In this document: in pieces, positions 11,820-25,374 of the stretch
How the letters are laid out: each line of letters starts with the position of its first letter
Numbering within the stretch: the stretch's first letter is position 1
Source of the DNA: Eledone cirrhosa
Lineage: Eukaryota
Direction of reading: 5' to 3'
DNA: 64,000 bases
Assembly: GCA_964016885.1 (NCBI GenBank)
Contig: OZ024741.1
Coordinates: forward strand, 329,716,001-329,780,000
The notes under the pieces: model-generated
What the model saw: only the letters and a program-made list of their open reading frames with translations
The model's database searches: none
What the model was told of the DNA's origin: nothing
Made by a program: the position numbers and the translations under genes

Positions 11820-13345
11820 ATGCTGATGGCGATGCTGGAGGCGGAAAAGAGTGGGGGAAGAGGGCATGTTGTTATTAGTTAGTGGTGTGATGATGGTGGT
11901 GGTGGTGGTAGTGATAGTGGAGTTGATTGTGGTGGTGTAGATGGTGATGATGGCGATGATGGAGGCGGAAAAGAGCAGGAGAGAGGGCATGTTATTAGTG
12001 GTATGGTGGTAGTGATAGTGGAGGTGATCGTCGTGGTGTAGATAGTGATGATGGAGGAAAAAATGTGGGGGGGTAGATGGGCATATTATTATTTAAAGGT
12101 GGAGGAGACGGTGATAGTGGTGGTTGAGATTGAGATGATGGTGGAGATAGTAATGATGATGGTGTAGGAGACAGTGATTGTTGTGTTGATGGTGGTGATG
12201 TTGATAGAGATGTGATGGTGCTGGTGTTGCTACTGAAATGGCAATACTGCTGCTGTTGCTGTTGTTCTTGATGATGATGGTGTAGTTTATTTGTTAAATA
12301 ATTCGATAGTGAAATAAATGTACTGATAGAGATAGTGGTGGTGATGGTGATGCTGATAATGATCATAGTATTGATGATGCTGTTCAGCTCTGATCAATCA
12401 ACACACTTATGCTCAAAGATGTTCCATGTTCCAGCCACGACAATCCTGCCATTTTCTCTTTCTCCATATTTTCCAATTCCTACATTTTTTTAAAACAGTA
12501 ATGGTTTGATTTGAGCGAGATTTTACTGTTACTTCTAGTAGTTCCAACGACAGTATAAAGGCGTCGTTTGGGTCAAATTTGTAATTGCTGTATGACTGGA
12601 GAGGTGATGGCGACGGTGGTGATAGTTTTGTTTGTGATGGTGGTGGAGTTGTTGTTTGTGGTGGTAATGGTGGTGGAGGTGGTGATAATGTTGTTTTTGG
12701 TGTTGGTGATAGTTTTCTTGTTAGTAGAGGTGGTGGTGGTGATGGCGGCGGGGTGATAATTTATTGTTTGTGGTGGTGGTGGTGATAGTCGTCATGGTAG
12801 TGGCAACAGCGGCGGTGGTGGTGATACAGATAGTATGGTTTCCGTTTGGTGTTGGTGGTAGTGATATAGTTATAGTTGATGTTCTTACAGTTGTTGTTTT
12901 TGTTGTTCAGCTCCAATTAAGCAAACCTATGATCGAAGATGTTCCATACACGACTATGCCATCCTGTTGTTTTGTAAATCTAGGACTGGACAACAGTCAT
13001 TTTGTTTTCCTTTTGGGACGGTAGGATGTGATATGAAGGAAATTTGGCTGCTATATCTAGCAAGTCAAGCGGTCAACTTGTTAATTGTTTTGTAGTTGTT
13101 GGTAGTGGCGACGGTGATGATGATTAAGGCAGTAGTGGTGTTGTTGTGGTGGTGGTGGTGGCGGTGGCGACGGCAGTTGTGGTGTTGTGGTTGTGGCATT
13201 GGTGATGGTGGTGATGCAGGTGGTACTGTGGAGGTGATAATGATTGTGACAATAGTAGTGGTGATGATGGTGGCGGCGGCGTTGTTGATGTTGGTGGTGG
13301 TGGTGGTAATAGTTGTGGTAGTGCTGGTGGTGGCAGTGGTTAGGT
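11820..13345. repeat. Degenerate (GGT/GAT/GTT)n low-complexity tract
   Basis: Seen directly. It gives rise to poly-V/T/H pseudo-ORFs. Confidence 0.9.
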
Positions 13346-13620
13346 GGGGATGTATTACACAAACAGCAAGGAATTTATTAATATTGAGAAAAAATAAATT
13401 AACTATCAGATGATAAGGAAGCAGAGAGAGAGAGAAAGTGAGGTGAGTTAAGAATATTCTAGATTCTGAAATGTAAAATAAGAAAATTAAGTCATTTTTA
13501 ACAATGAAAATAATGGTAATAATAATGATGATGATGATGATGATGATGACAATAATGATAATAATAAGCAGAACAATAATGATATAAAACAAGATTAATG
13601 AATAAAAAATATTTTTATTT

Positions 13621-13661
<41 letters not shown>

Positions 13662-13662
13662 T

Positions 13663-13729
<67 letters not shown>

Positions 13730-14074
13730 GGCATTTAAAGATACATTGACATTAATTAACAGACTACAAATGTAAAGGAGGTTTGTTTACAACAGAATGG
13801 TTGTATGGATGTATACATGTATGTGCTTATGCATATGTGGTTAAATGTGTATACACATACACAAATGTAATTATATATATATAATATATACATATATAAA
13901 TACATACATACACTGTACATACATACATACACCATAATACATACACTGTACATACATACATATATACACACATACATACATACATGATGACTACCCATTC
14001 GTTATCAAGTATGGCCATTGCATGATAAAAAGAAAATTAAAAAAACATATATATTAATAATTAACGGTGCTGTG

Positions 14075-17000
14075 ATCAAATGTGGTTTTTTAGCCCAGCC
14101 AATGATCTAAAATGATCTAAGAGTTGGCAACCATGATAAAAACATTCACTGGCAATAGCTGGCTGTGGTTGGTCTACATGTACTTTTGCATGTTGTTTGA
14201 GCCCTCCTGCTGATCTACACGCTTTTCCACATGCTTGACAGGTATGATGAGTAGCATCTCCGACAGCAGCCTGGTAGTCAAACACTGGTCTTGTCCAGCT
14301 TTGCTGAGGCAGAGTCTTGCACAGACGCTGCATGTCATGCTCATAGGAGGACCTTTGCTGTCTGGAAATGTAACGGACATGCCTTTCCTGACATCCATTT
14401 TTACTTTCTCATATACGATTTGAGATGCTTCAAAAGCAACTTTCCTCTCATGTACAGTCTTTTTTCATTTATTACAATCAGCAACTACACTTTCCCATTT
14501 ATCAGCAGAGATGTTAGTGTCTTTCAAGGAGGCTTTCAACAAATCCTTACACTGCTTTTTTGGTTTGTGTGGAGGTATTTTCCTTTAACTAACTCTCCAT
14601 AAAAGAGTTGTTTTGGTCTCCTAGAATCCTTCATCCTGGCAAGGTGACCACTCAATCAGAGTCTTTGCTTAAGCACAAAAGCTTCTATGCTTTCACACAG
14701 AGAGCTTTCCAAAATCTTGGCATCACTGATGTGGTCCTTCCAGTGAACGCTATGGATCTGTCTGAGACACATCTGATGGAAACATTCCAACTGTTTAAGG
14801 TGGTGTCAATATGTGACCCAGATCTCGCAGGCATAAAGAAGAGAAGAGAGCACACACGCCTTGTACACCTTTACCTTTGCCTTTTTGCATATGTCTCACC
14901 AACCCCAGAGGTGCCTTTCTAGCTTTCCAAAAGCATCACTTGCTTTCCTAATCCTATGTGGCATTTCATTATCAAGATTGCTGTATCAATTGACAGTGCT
15001 TCCTAGGTAGACAAACTGATCAATCAATATTTGTGTGCGCTACAAGATCGCAATCATCTGCATACAAAAGGTCTCTTATGAGAGAGGTAAATACTTTTGT
15101 TTTTGCAGCAAAAATCGCCTGATGTTGAATATGCTGCCAGCGGTTAAATAGAAGATGTAAATATCATGCTTGCAATTCCTGAATGCAATATAGAAAACCA
15201 TCGCAAAATATATGGCAAATAGGCTGGAATATCCCCCTGTTTCACTCAATTTTTCACTGAGATATGCTCTGACATTAACCTAAGCCTTCATGTCTTCATG
15301 GAAAGACCTAACCAAAGCAAGGAACTTATCAGAGCAACCAAGGTTCTGGAGAACCTTCCACAATGCATTTCTGTTAACAGTATCGAAAGTTTTTGTCAGA
15401 TAGACAAAACCTGATACAGATTCAGACCCTGTTCCATGCACTTCTCCTGAAGCTCTCTAGCTGAGATCATATCAGTAGTGCTGCATCCAGCATGAAAAAC
15501 AGATTGACTTTCAGGAAGAACACAATCTGCAATGTGTGTCAGCAGACAGTCCAGAAGCACTCTACATAAAATTTTTCCTACTACAGAAAGCAATGATATA
15601 CCCCTATAGTTTCCAGAATCATTCTTGTTACCCTTTCCCTTGTACAAGACTACCATTACCTCATCATTCCAGTCCTCAGGTACGGATTCACTAGTCCATA
15701 TCCTGCCAAACAAAAAGTGAAGGTGTCGCAGAAGTTTCTCACCCCCATATTGTAAGAGCTCTGCATGTGTGCCATCCATACCTGGAGACCTACTACTGTT
15801 CAGCTTTGATACAGCTACTGCAACTTCCTCTAACGTCGTTTGTTTTGCAAGAGCTACTTTCACAGGTTTTTCAGGGATTATATTGAGGAAATCTTCATTG
15901 ACAACAGACAGCTGATTCAAAAGTTCATCAAAGTGCTCTCATCACCTTCTCAGAATTCCCTTTGAGTCACAAAGAATTTCCTTGCCATCCCTGCTGTGAA
16001 GCGGTGTCACCAGAGAAGAAGACGGTCCATAAACTTCACGTAAGAGATTGTACAACAGCTTTGTGTTATTGGAATCTGATGCAGCTTGTATCTCATCAGC
16101 CTTTCACACCACCACTTATGTTTCATCTGAGAGAGCCTCCACCTCACACATGTTTTTACATCTTTGAGTTCCTTATACAACATATTCTTCTCCTGTGGTT
16201 TTGCTGCCAAGTAGAGTGACAGAGCACGCCTTTTATCAGCCAACAATTCATCTATATGTTCATAATTTTCTTTAAACCAGTTTTGATGCTTTCTTTGTAC
16301 TAATGCCAGAAAACGCCTGCCTACATCACAAACCAACTTTTTAAGGGTTGGCCAATCCTCACCAATATCTGCAACATTCATTTCTTCTTGCAATGTCCTC
16401 TTCACACTATTATCCTTAAGACAAGCAACATTCAGTCTTTTAGGCAGGGTAACACCAGCAGCCCGGATTTTACATTTTGTAATTAATTTCACTTTTGCAT
16501 GTACCAGGCGTTGGTTCATCCAACACTCTGCCCCACGAAGAACATGAACACACTGCACATCCCATCTGTCAAGCACCCTGACAAGGATGTAGTCCAGAAG
16601 ATGCCATTCTTTAGATGCAGGCTGCATCCATGTGGTCTTAAACTTATTTTTTTGCTGAAATATGATGTTGGTAACACACAGATCCAGCTCCTCACATATC
16701 TGCAGCAGAAGCATACCCTTGCTGTTACACTTTCCCATCCCATGCTTTCTGATTACAGTCCATACGTTAAAATCCCTACCTACTCTAGCATTAAAGTCAC
16801 CCAGCACCCTTGTCTGCCTGAGGGATATTTCTTATAACACCTTTCAAAGCATGGTAGAAAGATACTTTTTCCTCATCAACAGAATTCATAGTTGGAGCAT
16901 ACACACTCACCAGGGTTGCATACCTTCCTTTGTCTAACGGAATTCTCATGGACATAAGATGCTCACTAATCCCCACTGGGATTTCTTCTAATTTATCTAC

Positions 17001-17350
17001 AAAAGCAGTCTTAACAGCAAATGCTACTCCAGCATCTCTTCTAATGCCTTCATCTCTCCCTTTCCAAAAGAATGTATATTTTTCACAATATTCCGTAAGA
17101 TGACCATCTCCAGCTAACCTTTCTCAGATAAAGCAACAATGTCAAGATCATAACGATGAAGCTCCCTTGCAACAAGAACTGTCCTTCGTTCAGGACGTTC
17201 ATCACTGTCAAGCAATGTCCGTACATTCCAACAGTCAATATTCAATGTTTTGTTTGTCTTAAGTTTAATTGGTTCTATTACAGAGGCATGATGACAGCCG
17301 GGTCTAGGCTATGATGCCCTGGGGCCTCTGCCGGGCCAGACCCTTTCACC
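14075..17350 (-). mobile_element. Near full-length degenerate RTE (BovB-like) LINE: APE endonuclease, RT and C-terminal C2H2 fingers
   Basis: WNVRTLLD..RPERRTVLVARELHRYDLDIVALSE (about 17120-17235), LGDFNARVG, WHLLDYILVR, NYRGISLLSVVGK and CQACGKACRSAGGLKQH. Many frameshifts and stops. Confidence 0.9.
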
Positions 17351-17969
17351 TGATGTGGTTCTAGAGCCCTTATTACCATTTACTTTTATACTGTTTTGGG
17401 ACATTATTGATTAGTTGCAAACATACATACAAACATACATACATATATATATTTGTGGGGGAAAATTTGTTTCTATCGTATATAGGATTATAGGATACAG
17501 AGGACTATCCATTCACTTCAAGGACATGACAATTTCTCTCATGCTGGTGCTACAATGAAATACATCCAGTACACTCTGTAAAGTAGTTTGTTTTAGAAAG
17601 AGCATTCAGCTATATCACCTATGCCAAAAGCGTCACAAGAGTGCTTTTCAGTTACATCACAGACATGACAACCTCTATAGTGCAGGAGTCACAATAAAAT
17701 ACATCCAGCATAATCTGTACAATGGTTGGTATTAGGAAGGGCATTCTTTAGTGCTGAAGTCACAATAAAATATATTCAACATATACTATACAATGGTTGG
17801 TATAAGGAAGGGCATCTAGTTTGTAGAAACCATATTAAAAATGAAATGTATTGAATGGAACATATATGACCCCTGATTCATTTAGGATGATTCACAGTTT
17901 GACTTATTCGTGCATCACCAGTGGTTTTGTAGATGTAAGCGCATTTAACTTTTTAGATGCATTCTGAAT

Positions 17970-18540
17970 AAATAATTATTTCTACTTTTGGCACAAGGCT
18001 AGCAATTATCCCAGTGTATTACTCAGCGGGATTTGAACTCACACCATAAAGGGCTGTAACTCTTTGCTGCAAAGCATGGCGTTCGACCCTCTACCGATAC
18101 TGCTAATCCACCGCCCTTTCTAAATAAATAATTGTTTCTACTTTTGGCACAAGGCCAGCAATTACCCAGTGCATTACTGGTACTTTATTTTATCGGCCCC
18201 GTAAGGATGAAAGGCAAAGTTAACCTCAGCGGGATTTGAACTCAGAATAGCAAGGGCCGTAACTCTATGCATCAAAGCATGGCGTCCGACCCTCTACCGA
18301 TACTGCCAATTCACCACCCTTTCTAAATAAATAATGGTTTCTGATTTAGGTACAAGACCAAGAATTTTGGGGTAAGAGAAAGTCAATTAAAGTGCATTAC
18401 TGGTACTTTATTTTATTGAACCCATAAGGTTGAAAGACAAAGATAACCTCAGCGAAATTTGAATTCAGAATGTAAAGGGCCATAATTCTATGCTGCAAAG
18501 TATGTTGTCCGATGCTCTATCAATACTGTCAATCCACTGC
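17970..18540 (-). mobile_element. Three tandem copies of tRNA-derived SINE family 2 (central domain resembles the MetaSINE Meta-domain)
   Basis: Minus strand reads GAGTTCAAATCCCGCTGAGGTTAACTTTGCCTTTCATCCTTACGGGG.CGATAAAATAAAGTACCAG with a TTA/ATT tail. Confidence 0.75.
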
Positions 18541-20771
18541 TCTCTAAAAGATGGAAATGTGATTGTAAAGTTTGTTATAAAGGGCCTCCTTTAGAAAATT
18601 TCAAAAATACAATATACATTTGTATAACAAATACATGCTTACTATGCCTATGTTCATATACATAAACATATGCAATCATGAAAGCAAATGTGTTTCTATG
18701 TCTATATGGGTATCTATGTCAACATATTTATGTGTTGCATTAGATATAATTTGTAAATAAGACCATTATTGCTTCAATCAGTCCACAAATACTCAGCAAA
18801 CACCCTAAACTAAACGCCAACCAGCACACATGACTCCTGGCAAACCATGTATTTATCTACAATATATATTTAAAAGAATGCAAGTCTGTATTGACTTCCA
18901 GTAAGACATATGCAAGCTGAAAAGAACTGAAACTGGTTACGAATCTGGGTAAATACAATATCTGTGATAGAAAACTTTCTTTTTGATGTCTATCTGTTCA
19001 TCTCTCTATCTATCTATCTCCCACTCACTATTTATCTTTATTTATTTATTTTGCAATAATGAGGAATGTCATTTTGACCCATTAATAGAGAATGAAGGCC
19101 ATGTGTTTTCAAGGTGATAGAAAGGTAGATAGTCAGAAAGTTAAGACACTACCCACATCTATAAAGAGAAAAGGGGAGCATCAAGCAAAAGAGATGTACA
19201 TAGATAGAGAAAAGGAATGCAATTTGTTTAGAGAGAGAGTGTATGTGTGTGTGTATGACAGAAAGAAGGAGATGACATCACCCTCATCTAGTAACAATAA
19301 AGTGTTTCAGGTGTTTTGATGGTTTTTGTCATAATGGTCTATGGTCATACTGTCTTTTATATTTTTTATTGCTCATATCAATCACAATACATATTTCAAT
19401 CTATGACATACTTTGTTTCTGACAGATGCTATGCTAGTAGTATATATATGATGTGTATCATCATTGCAACCACAGTCGAATATTCCTGACAAAGTCTCTC
19501 CACAATTCATAATTTTCCATTGCTCCTGGTAATTGCTCCCTACTAAGGTTTGTATCATCTGAAAAATCAAATTCAAGAGGATACTAAAATACCACTGCTC
19601 ACACTGAAAAGGATTGCTCTGGGCAGGAAGAAATAGGAGGGTTTTGTGGAGATGAAGTGTACAAGGATCTCGTCAAGATTATGTAATTGAGATGAGATGT
19701 GTTTATATTTATCAAAAAACTTCCATCATAATTCTAATAAATAAATTTTTGTTGAATTGTGTTTCCAACTACTTCATTATGAGAAAGATAGTTATATTTC
19801 TAGACCCCTCCAAATTCTTGATTTTTTTCAAAATGATTTGAAAATTATAAGCAATGAACTCAGAAAAAAATCTCAACATTAATTCTTAACATCTTGTAAT
19901 GATTTAGCAGAAAATATCCTAAAATCCGTTGTTTAATTCAAATATTCAGGGTGTCTTTACTAGTGGACAGATTGTGAAAAATTGTAATAGAGTAAATACA
20001 TTAATTTTTAATGTGATGCAGTCATAGTGTTGTTGTATACTTTTCAAGAATGTCTTGCTAATATGGTTTCATGTGGTTTGTTAATTCAAATGTTTGTAGC
20101 ATTTTTACTAGTGGACTGATTGTTATGAAAAATTGCAGTATTAGAATAAAAACTTTAATTTTTAATGTGATGTAGTTATAGCATTGTTTTGTACATTTAA
20201 AGAATGTCTTGTTAATGAGGTTTATTAATTCAAATATTTGTAGTATCTTTACCAGATTGTGGTGAAAATTTGTAATATGAGAGCAAAGTGGTGGAGGGTT
20301 GTTGGAGAGCCATCCAGTGTCTGCCCTCATCCTCCACTTCTCAGCAATGGGCCCAAACACCACACAATGGGATCGAAACCATTTAGCCATGCTGTGACAA
20401 CAAAATGAAATATAAGCAGAACCACATTCACAGACACAGAACATCCAGCATGAATTCTTGTCTGAGACAAGACACTCTTCAGAACTACTTAAGTAATTAT
20501 CACCAAGATGGAAATGTGTCTTTAGTCAGTAGAAGAATGTTATAAACATTCACCCTTGAATATATTTTGTGTCAAGGGTTTTCTCTACATTGGTGCTGAC
20601 ATGGTTGAGTGGCTGTGTGGTTAAGGAGTTCACTTCACAACCATGTGGTTCTGGGTTCAGTCCTGCTGTGTGGCAACTAGAGCAAATGTCTTGTAGCCTT
20701 TGGTTGACCAATGCTTTTTATGTGGAATTTGGTAGATGAAAACTGCAGAAGCCCATCATATATATATATAT

Positions 20772-20900
20772 GAAAAGATTCTGCCGTTCAGAGCTCAGCC
20801 ATCGGGGTCCTGAATCTTTTCACATTACCCACTCAACTACCCCAAGTATCGAGTACTCTGGTGGGTTATAGTCCACCTGGCATCTTACCACACCCTCTTT
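20772..20900 (+). repeat. Family C (TA)-flanked repeat with decayed hammerhead-like core
   Basis: GAGCTCAGCCATCGGGGTCC...CCCAAGTATCGAGTACTCTGGTG is shared with 31955-32330 and 44869-45030. Confidence 0.55.
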
Positions 20901-20904
20901 GTTA

Positions 20905-20948
<44 letters not shown>

Positions 20949-21297
20949 GTTTTAATGTCTGCTTTCTCGGCTAGCAAGGGTTGGATGATTCTACATAGAC
21001 CAAGTTAGTACTGAAGCAGACCTACGGATCTACTAGACACGCCAGGGATCTACATCTTGCTTATGTATGGTCTCACATTCTACCGAGTGTACAGGAAAGG
21101 TTGTCATGTCTTTGACACAAATCAAGGGTCCTCCATACATTTTATTTGTCAAACTTTCTATGGCTAGATTCCCTTCCTATCACCAACCACTTTACAGTGT
21201 GTAATGGGTGCGTTTATTATGTAGGTCACCAAATACTACGGAGGCTCTCATGTCCTTGACATGACTGAAGGGTTCTCGCAGTGTGTGTGAGTGTATA

Positions 21298-21626
21298 TCA
21301 TCATTTCATTTTACGTCCGCTTTTCCCTGCTTGCAAGGGTGGGGTGGGAACTGATTCTGGCTTGATTTCTACAGCTGGATGCCCTTCCTAACACCAACCT
21401 CATTTACAGTGAGTGCTGGGTGCTTTTTTGCCGTGGCACCTCCACGACTGCAGTGGAATGATATGGACCCCAGTCCCTATCATCTCATTTCTACAGCTGA
21501 GTAAACTGGAGCAATGTGAAATAAAGTGTCTTGCTCAAGGAAACAACACATCACCCGGTCTGAGAATTGAACTCACAACCTTTTGATTGCAAGGCCAATG
21601 CTCTAACCACTAAGCCATGTGCCTCC
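21298..21626 (-). mobile_element. SINE family 1
   Basis: Near-identical to 368-706. Confidence 0.85.
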
Positions 21627-21639
21627 ATGTGCAAAAAGT

Positions 21640-21745
21640 AAATGGAAACAATAAAGCAAACAAGACAATACAATGAAGATATATATTAGTTTAATGCTTG
21701 TTGTATTAGGAAAAGAGTCTTTACATTTCAGACACTAGTCCTTCA
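21640..21745 (-). mobile_element. Family A Penelope-like terminal fragment with truncated hammerhead
   Basis: Minus strand reads TGAAGGACTAGTGTCTGAAATGTAAAGACTC, matching the 3103-3138 HHR but cut inside CUGAUGA at a (TCTA)n tract. Confidence 0.7.
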
Positions 21746-21770
21746 ATCTATCTATCTGTCTATCTATCTA

Positions 21771-22175
21771 TTCTTTTTTTCAAATACCACTTTGGAAGAA
21801 GAATCAGGATGGAGAGAGAGATGCTGTACCCCAGCAAGTTTTATGAAAGGTGGGTGAAAGTGGCGAGAATGGCCCGAGTGAATGGGCCTTCTCTCTATAT
21901 CAGGCTGTAGGTTGAGGAAAAGGAGGAGGAGAGGAAGGGAGTACAAACTCTTCGTACTCCTGGAGATGAGGGTTGCACATTTTTTCGGGGGTATGTGTTA
22001 CCCATATGAACTGTCTCCCCCTATTGGGGAAAATCGACTAATTTTTAAATTGCATTTGTGATAAGTTTTTATTGTATGTAAACTTCCCCCTTTGTATTTG
22101 TCCCCTTCTTTTGTGCCCCTGTGGCTAATAAAGAAACATATCTATCATATATATTGTGGCTAATAAAGAAATTTA
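21771..22175 (+). mobile_element. L1/Tx1-clade LINE 3' end inserted in (TCTA)n
   Basis: Homologous to 45363-45730 (FFKYHFGRRIRMERE). Ends GGCTAATAAAGAAA followed by (TCTA)n. Confidence 0.8.
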
Positions 22176-23119
22176 TCTATCTATCATATATATGAATAAA
22201 TAAATAAAGAAAGAAAGAAACATATCTATCATATATATGCATGACAATATAGTGTATAAATGATTAAATGTGTGTTTCTCTCTTTGTCTATTTGTTATTC
22301 CTGCGGCAGTCTTTTGAGCAACATAAATATATCAATTCTTTTTTTTTTACTTATATTCGTTGACTGGCTTCAGCCATTAGACTGTGGCCATGCTGGGGCA
22401 CCACCTTGAGTTAGTCCATCATATAGACCACAGTATTTAACTTCCGTTTTTTACTTTTATTTATTCTTTGACCGAATTCAGCCATTTGACTGTGGCCATG
22501 CTGGGGCCACTGGACGACCAAGGATAGGATACTGGGGCACCACCTTGTATTTATTTATTTTAAATCTGGTACTAGCTTTATCAATCTGTTTTTCTTGACA
22601 CAAACATGGGGCACAAACACAAACTCACAGTCTAAGTCTGAAGTCTGTCTCCGGAGGCTCATCAATCCTGTTTTCTTCAGGGTGAAGAAACTGAGAATAC
22701 TAGGCTTCCCCCTGGAGGCCAGTCCATTACAGAGTTAAACCCCCAACTATTGCTGGTACTCATTTTCGGTTGAGTATACTGGAGCAACATGAAATGAGGT
22801 GTCTTGCTCAAGAACACAGCACACAACTCAGTCAAGGAAACAAACCCACAACATTGTCTGTTAAGCCCAACACCATTACCACTAGGCCACATGCCTCTAC
22901 AGACAAACATAAACAGACATACACACATGCACATACACAAACGTTTGTAGGGAGTTTGATGACTTAATGGATTCTGGTCCCTAATTATGTTTGATTTGAG
23001 CCCCAAACAGTGGATTCTCCACAGAACATAAAGTACTTAACTGGTTCTTTATTTTATTTTAAAGGTCCTGAAATGATGAAATACAATATAATAATATTAT
23101 TCAGGAGGGACACATTCCT

Positions 23120-23121
23120 TA

Positions 23122-23188
<67 letters not shown>

Positions 23189-23372
23189 GGTGGTGATGGT
23201 AGTGGTGGTGGTGGTGGTGGTGGTGGTGGTAGTAGTAGTAATAACAGCAACAGCAGCAGCAGTAGCCACAGTAGCAGCAGCAGCAGTAGCAACAGCAGTA
23301 GCAGCAGCACCAGCAGTATTAACAGCAGCAGTAGTAGAAGTAACAGCAGTAGTAGTAGTAGTAGTAGTAGTA
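23120..23372. repeat. Compound (TAG)n/(GGT)n/(CAG)n microsatellite
   Basis: Seen directly in the sequence. Confidence 0.95.
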
Positions 23373-23459
23373 TGACCTACTACACTTTTACCCTCATCCC
23401 AGTACATATATTTGCTACATCAGTACACACTCTCTCTCTCTCCCTCTGTCACATCCTCA

Positions 23460-23530
<71 letters not shown>

Positions 23531-24329
23531 CTTTTTCTCTCCCTCTCTCTGTCACATCCTCATCACTTTTTCTCTCTCTCTTAAATCCTCATCTTTATCT
23601 CTCTCTCTTCCTCTCTCACCAGCTAGGAGGACAAGATACCCCCAAAACTGTTCAAATCCTGCCTAATTCTTCATGTTGTTGTTCTGGTTGCTATTGTTGT
23701 TCCCTAAGGAGTAGTTTGTAAATTTCTGAATTCATTAAGTTTTTCAAAATAAATAAATAAATAAATAAGAACAAAGAAGAAAAAAAGGGACAAGCTGTAC
23801 ACTCTGTTAACCCTTTCATCCCCACATTCCTGTTTCAATTAATTAATGAAAAATGTTGAGGGATTTACTATTTATTCATTCCATGATTAAAATAGTAAGC
23901 TAAAATATGGTTCTCATATAAAATTATCTTGGAATATTTTGATTTAACTGTTTCATGATAATATTTTAAATGAAATTCTTTCTATTTCAATTAATTAATG
24001 AAGAATTGTGAGTTCCTTAATAAGATAGAAACTTAACTGATGGTTCTTAAATAAAATTATCCTTAACTATCTCTATTTCAATTGATTAATGAAGAATTTT
24101 GAGGGATTTACTAAAACTATTAATTATTTCTTTATTAAGGTATAACTTTAACATACGATTCTTATATATATTTATTAGTGAAAAGAAATATTTATTAGTG
24201 GACCCCTGACTAGGATGATCCCAGACCCAGGAGTAATAGATGTATAGATATATAATAGATTAGTAAACTGAAATCTACAATAATGAAAACATAAAAAAAA
24301 AAATTTAGATAATGATATCTAATTCACAC

Positions 24330-24740
24330 ACAAGGTCAGCAATTTGGGGGAGGGAAAAGTCAATAAAGTACTTTACTGGTACTTTATTTTATTGACCCCA
24401 GAAAGTTGAAAGGCAAAGTTGACCTTGGAAGGATTTGAACTCAGAACATAAAGAGCCATTTGTCTGATGCTCTAATGATTCTGCCAATGTGCTACCCTTT
24501 AAAAAATGAAAATAATAAAGGAGCAGAGGGAAAAAGGAGGAGGAAAGAAAAATTAAATAATTGTTTCTACTATTGGCACAAGGCCAGAAATTACCCAGTG
24601 TATTACTGGTACTTTATTTTATCGACCCCGTAAAGATGAAAGGCAAAGTTAACCTCGGCGGGATTTGAACTCAGATTGGAAAGGGCCGTAACTCTGCGTC
24701 AAAGCATGGTTGCCGACCCTCTACCAATACTGCCAATCCT
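24330..24740 (-). mobile_element. Two SINE family 2 copies
   Basis: Contain TACTGGTACTTTATTTTAT.GACCCC...GAAAGGCAAAGTT.ACCT...GATTTGAACTCAGA. Confidence 0.75.
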
Positions 24741-25190
24741 AAAATAAAGAAACATGATGGTGCTCCAGCATAGCCAGTCAGCTGGAACATGTAAATGAGT
24801 ATGTGGTTAGAATGACTCAAGAAAAAATCACTGAACAGATTTTACAAGCAAAACCATCCGGCAGGAGACCCAGGGATAGATCCCAAGCAAGATGGTTGGA
24901 TAAATATCCATGAACTTGGCTGGTCTTGCTTGCAGATCCAGCCATATCAATTGAAGACAGTTGCTTCTGACAGGACCTACTGGAATGAGTGTTTGAGGAC
25001 GCTGTCCCAACAACCCTCTCAGGAATAAGAGGGCAAAGAAGAAGAAGAAATAAAGAAAAGATTTTAATTTAAATAGGAACATTTTTAAATAGGTGGTTTA
25101 GTATCAGAGAACTAGATAGAGCCTGCTTTGACTGGGTATCAAAAGGGTTTCCCATAAGTGATAGAGTAAGAATTGAAGGGAATGCTGATA

Positions 25191-25374
25191 CAGTAAAATT
25201 CTTTTATAACGAAATTCATGAGGTATAAAAAAACTTGTAACAAAAAATTCTTTAGAACAAGATTGACAGAAACAACTCGAGCATTTGTTTGTTAGTACCT
25301 TGCGGATTAAATAAAATTTTGCTATTCTGAAAAATTCATTATAATGGTATTCGTTAAAATGGAATTTTACCTGT
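25191..25374. mobile_element. Short Tigger-like MITE
   Basis: TA-flanked imperfect TIRs: CAGTAAAATTC..TATAACGAA and TTCGTTAAAATGGAATTTTACCTG. Confidence 0.55.

Noticed and set aside
11995-13658. Poly-V/T/H/P ORFs (also 23010-23407)
   Set aside because: Trinucleotide low-complexity sequence with no domain signal.
19460-19565. Minus-strand acceptor plus short frame DTNLSREQLPGAMENYELWRDFVRNIR
   Set aside because: It resembles a LINE ORF C-terminus remnant, not a host exon.
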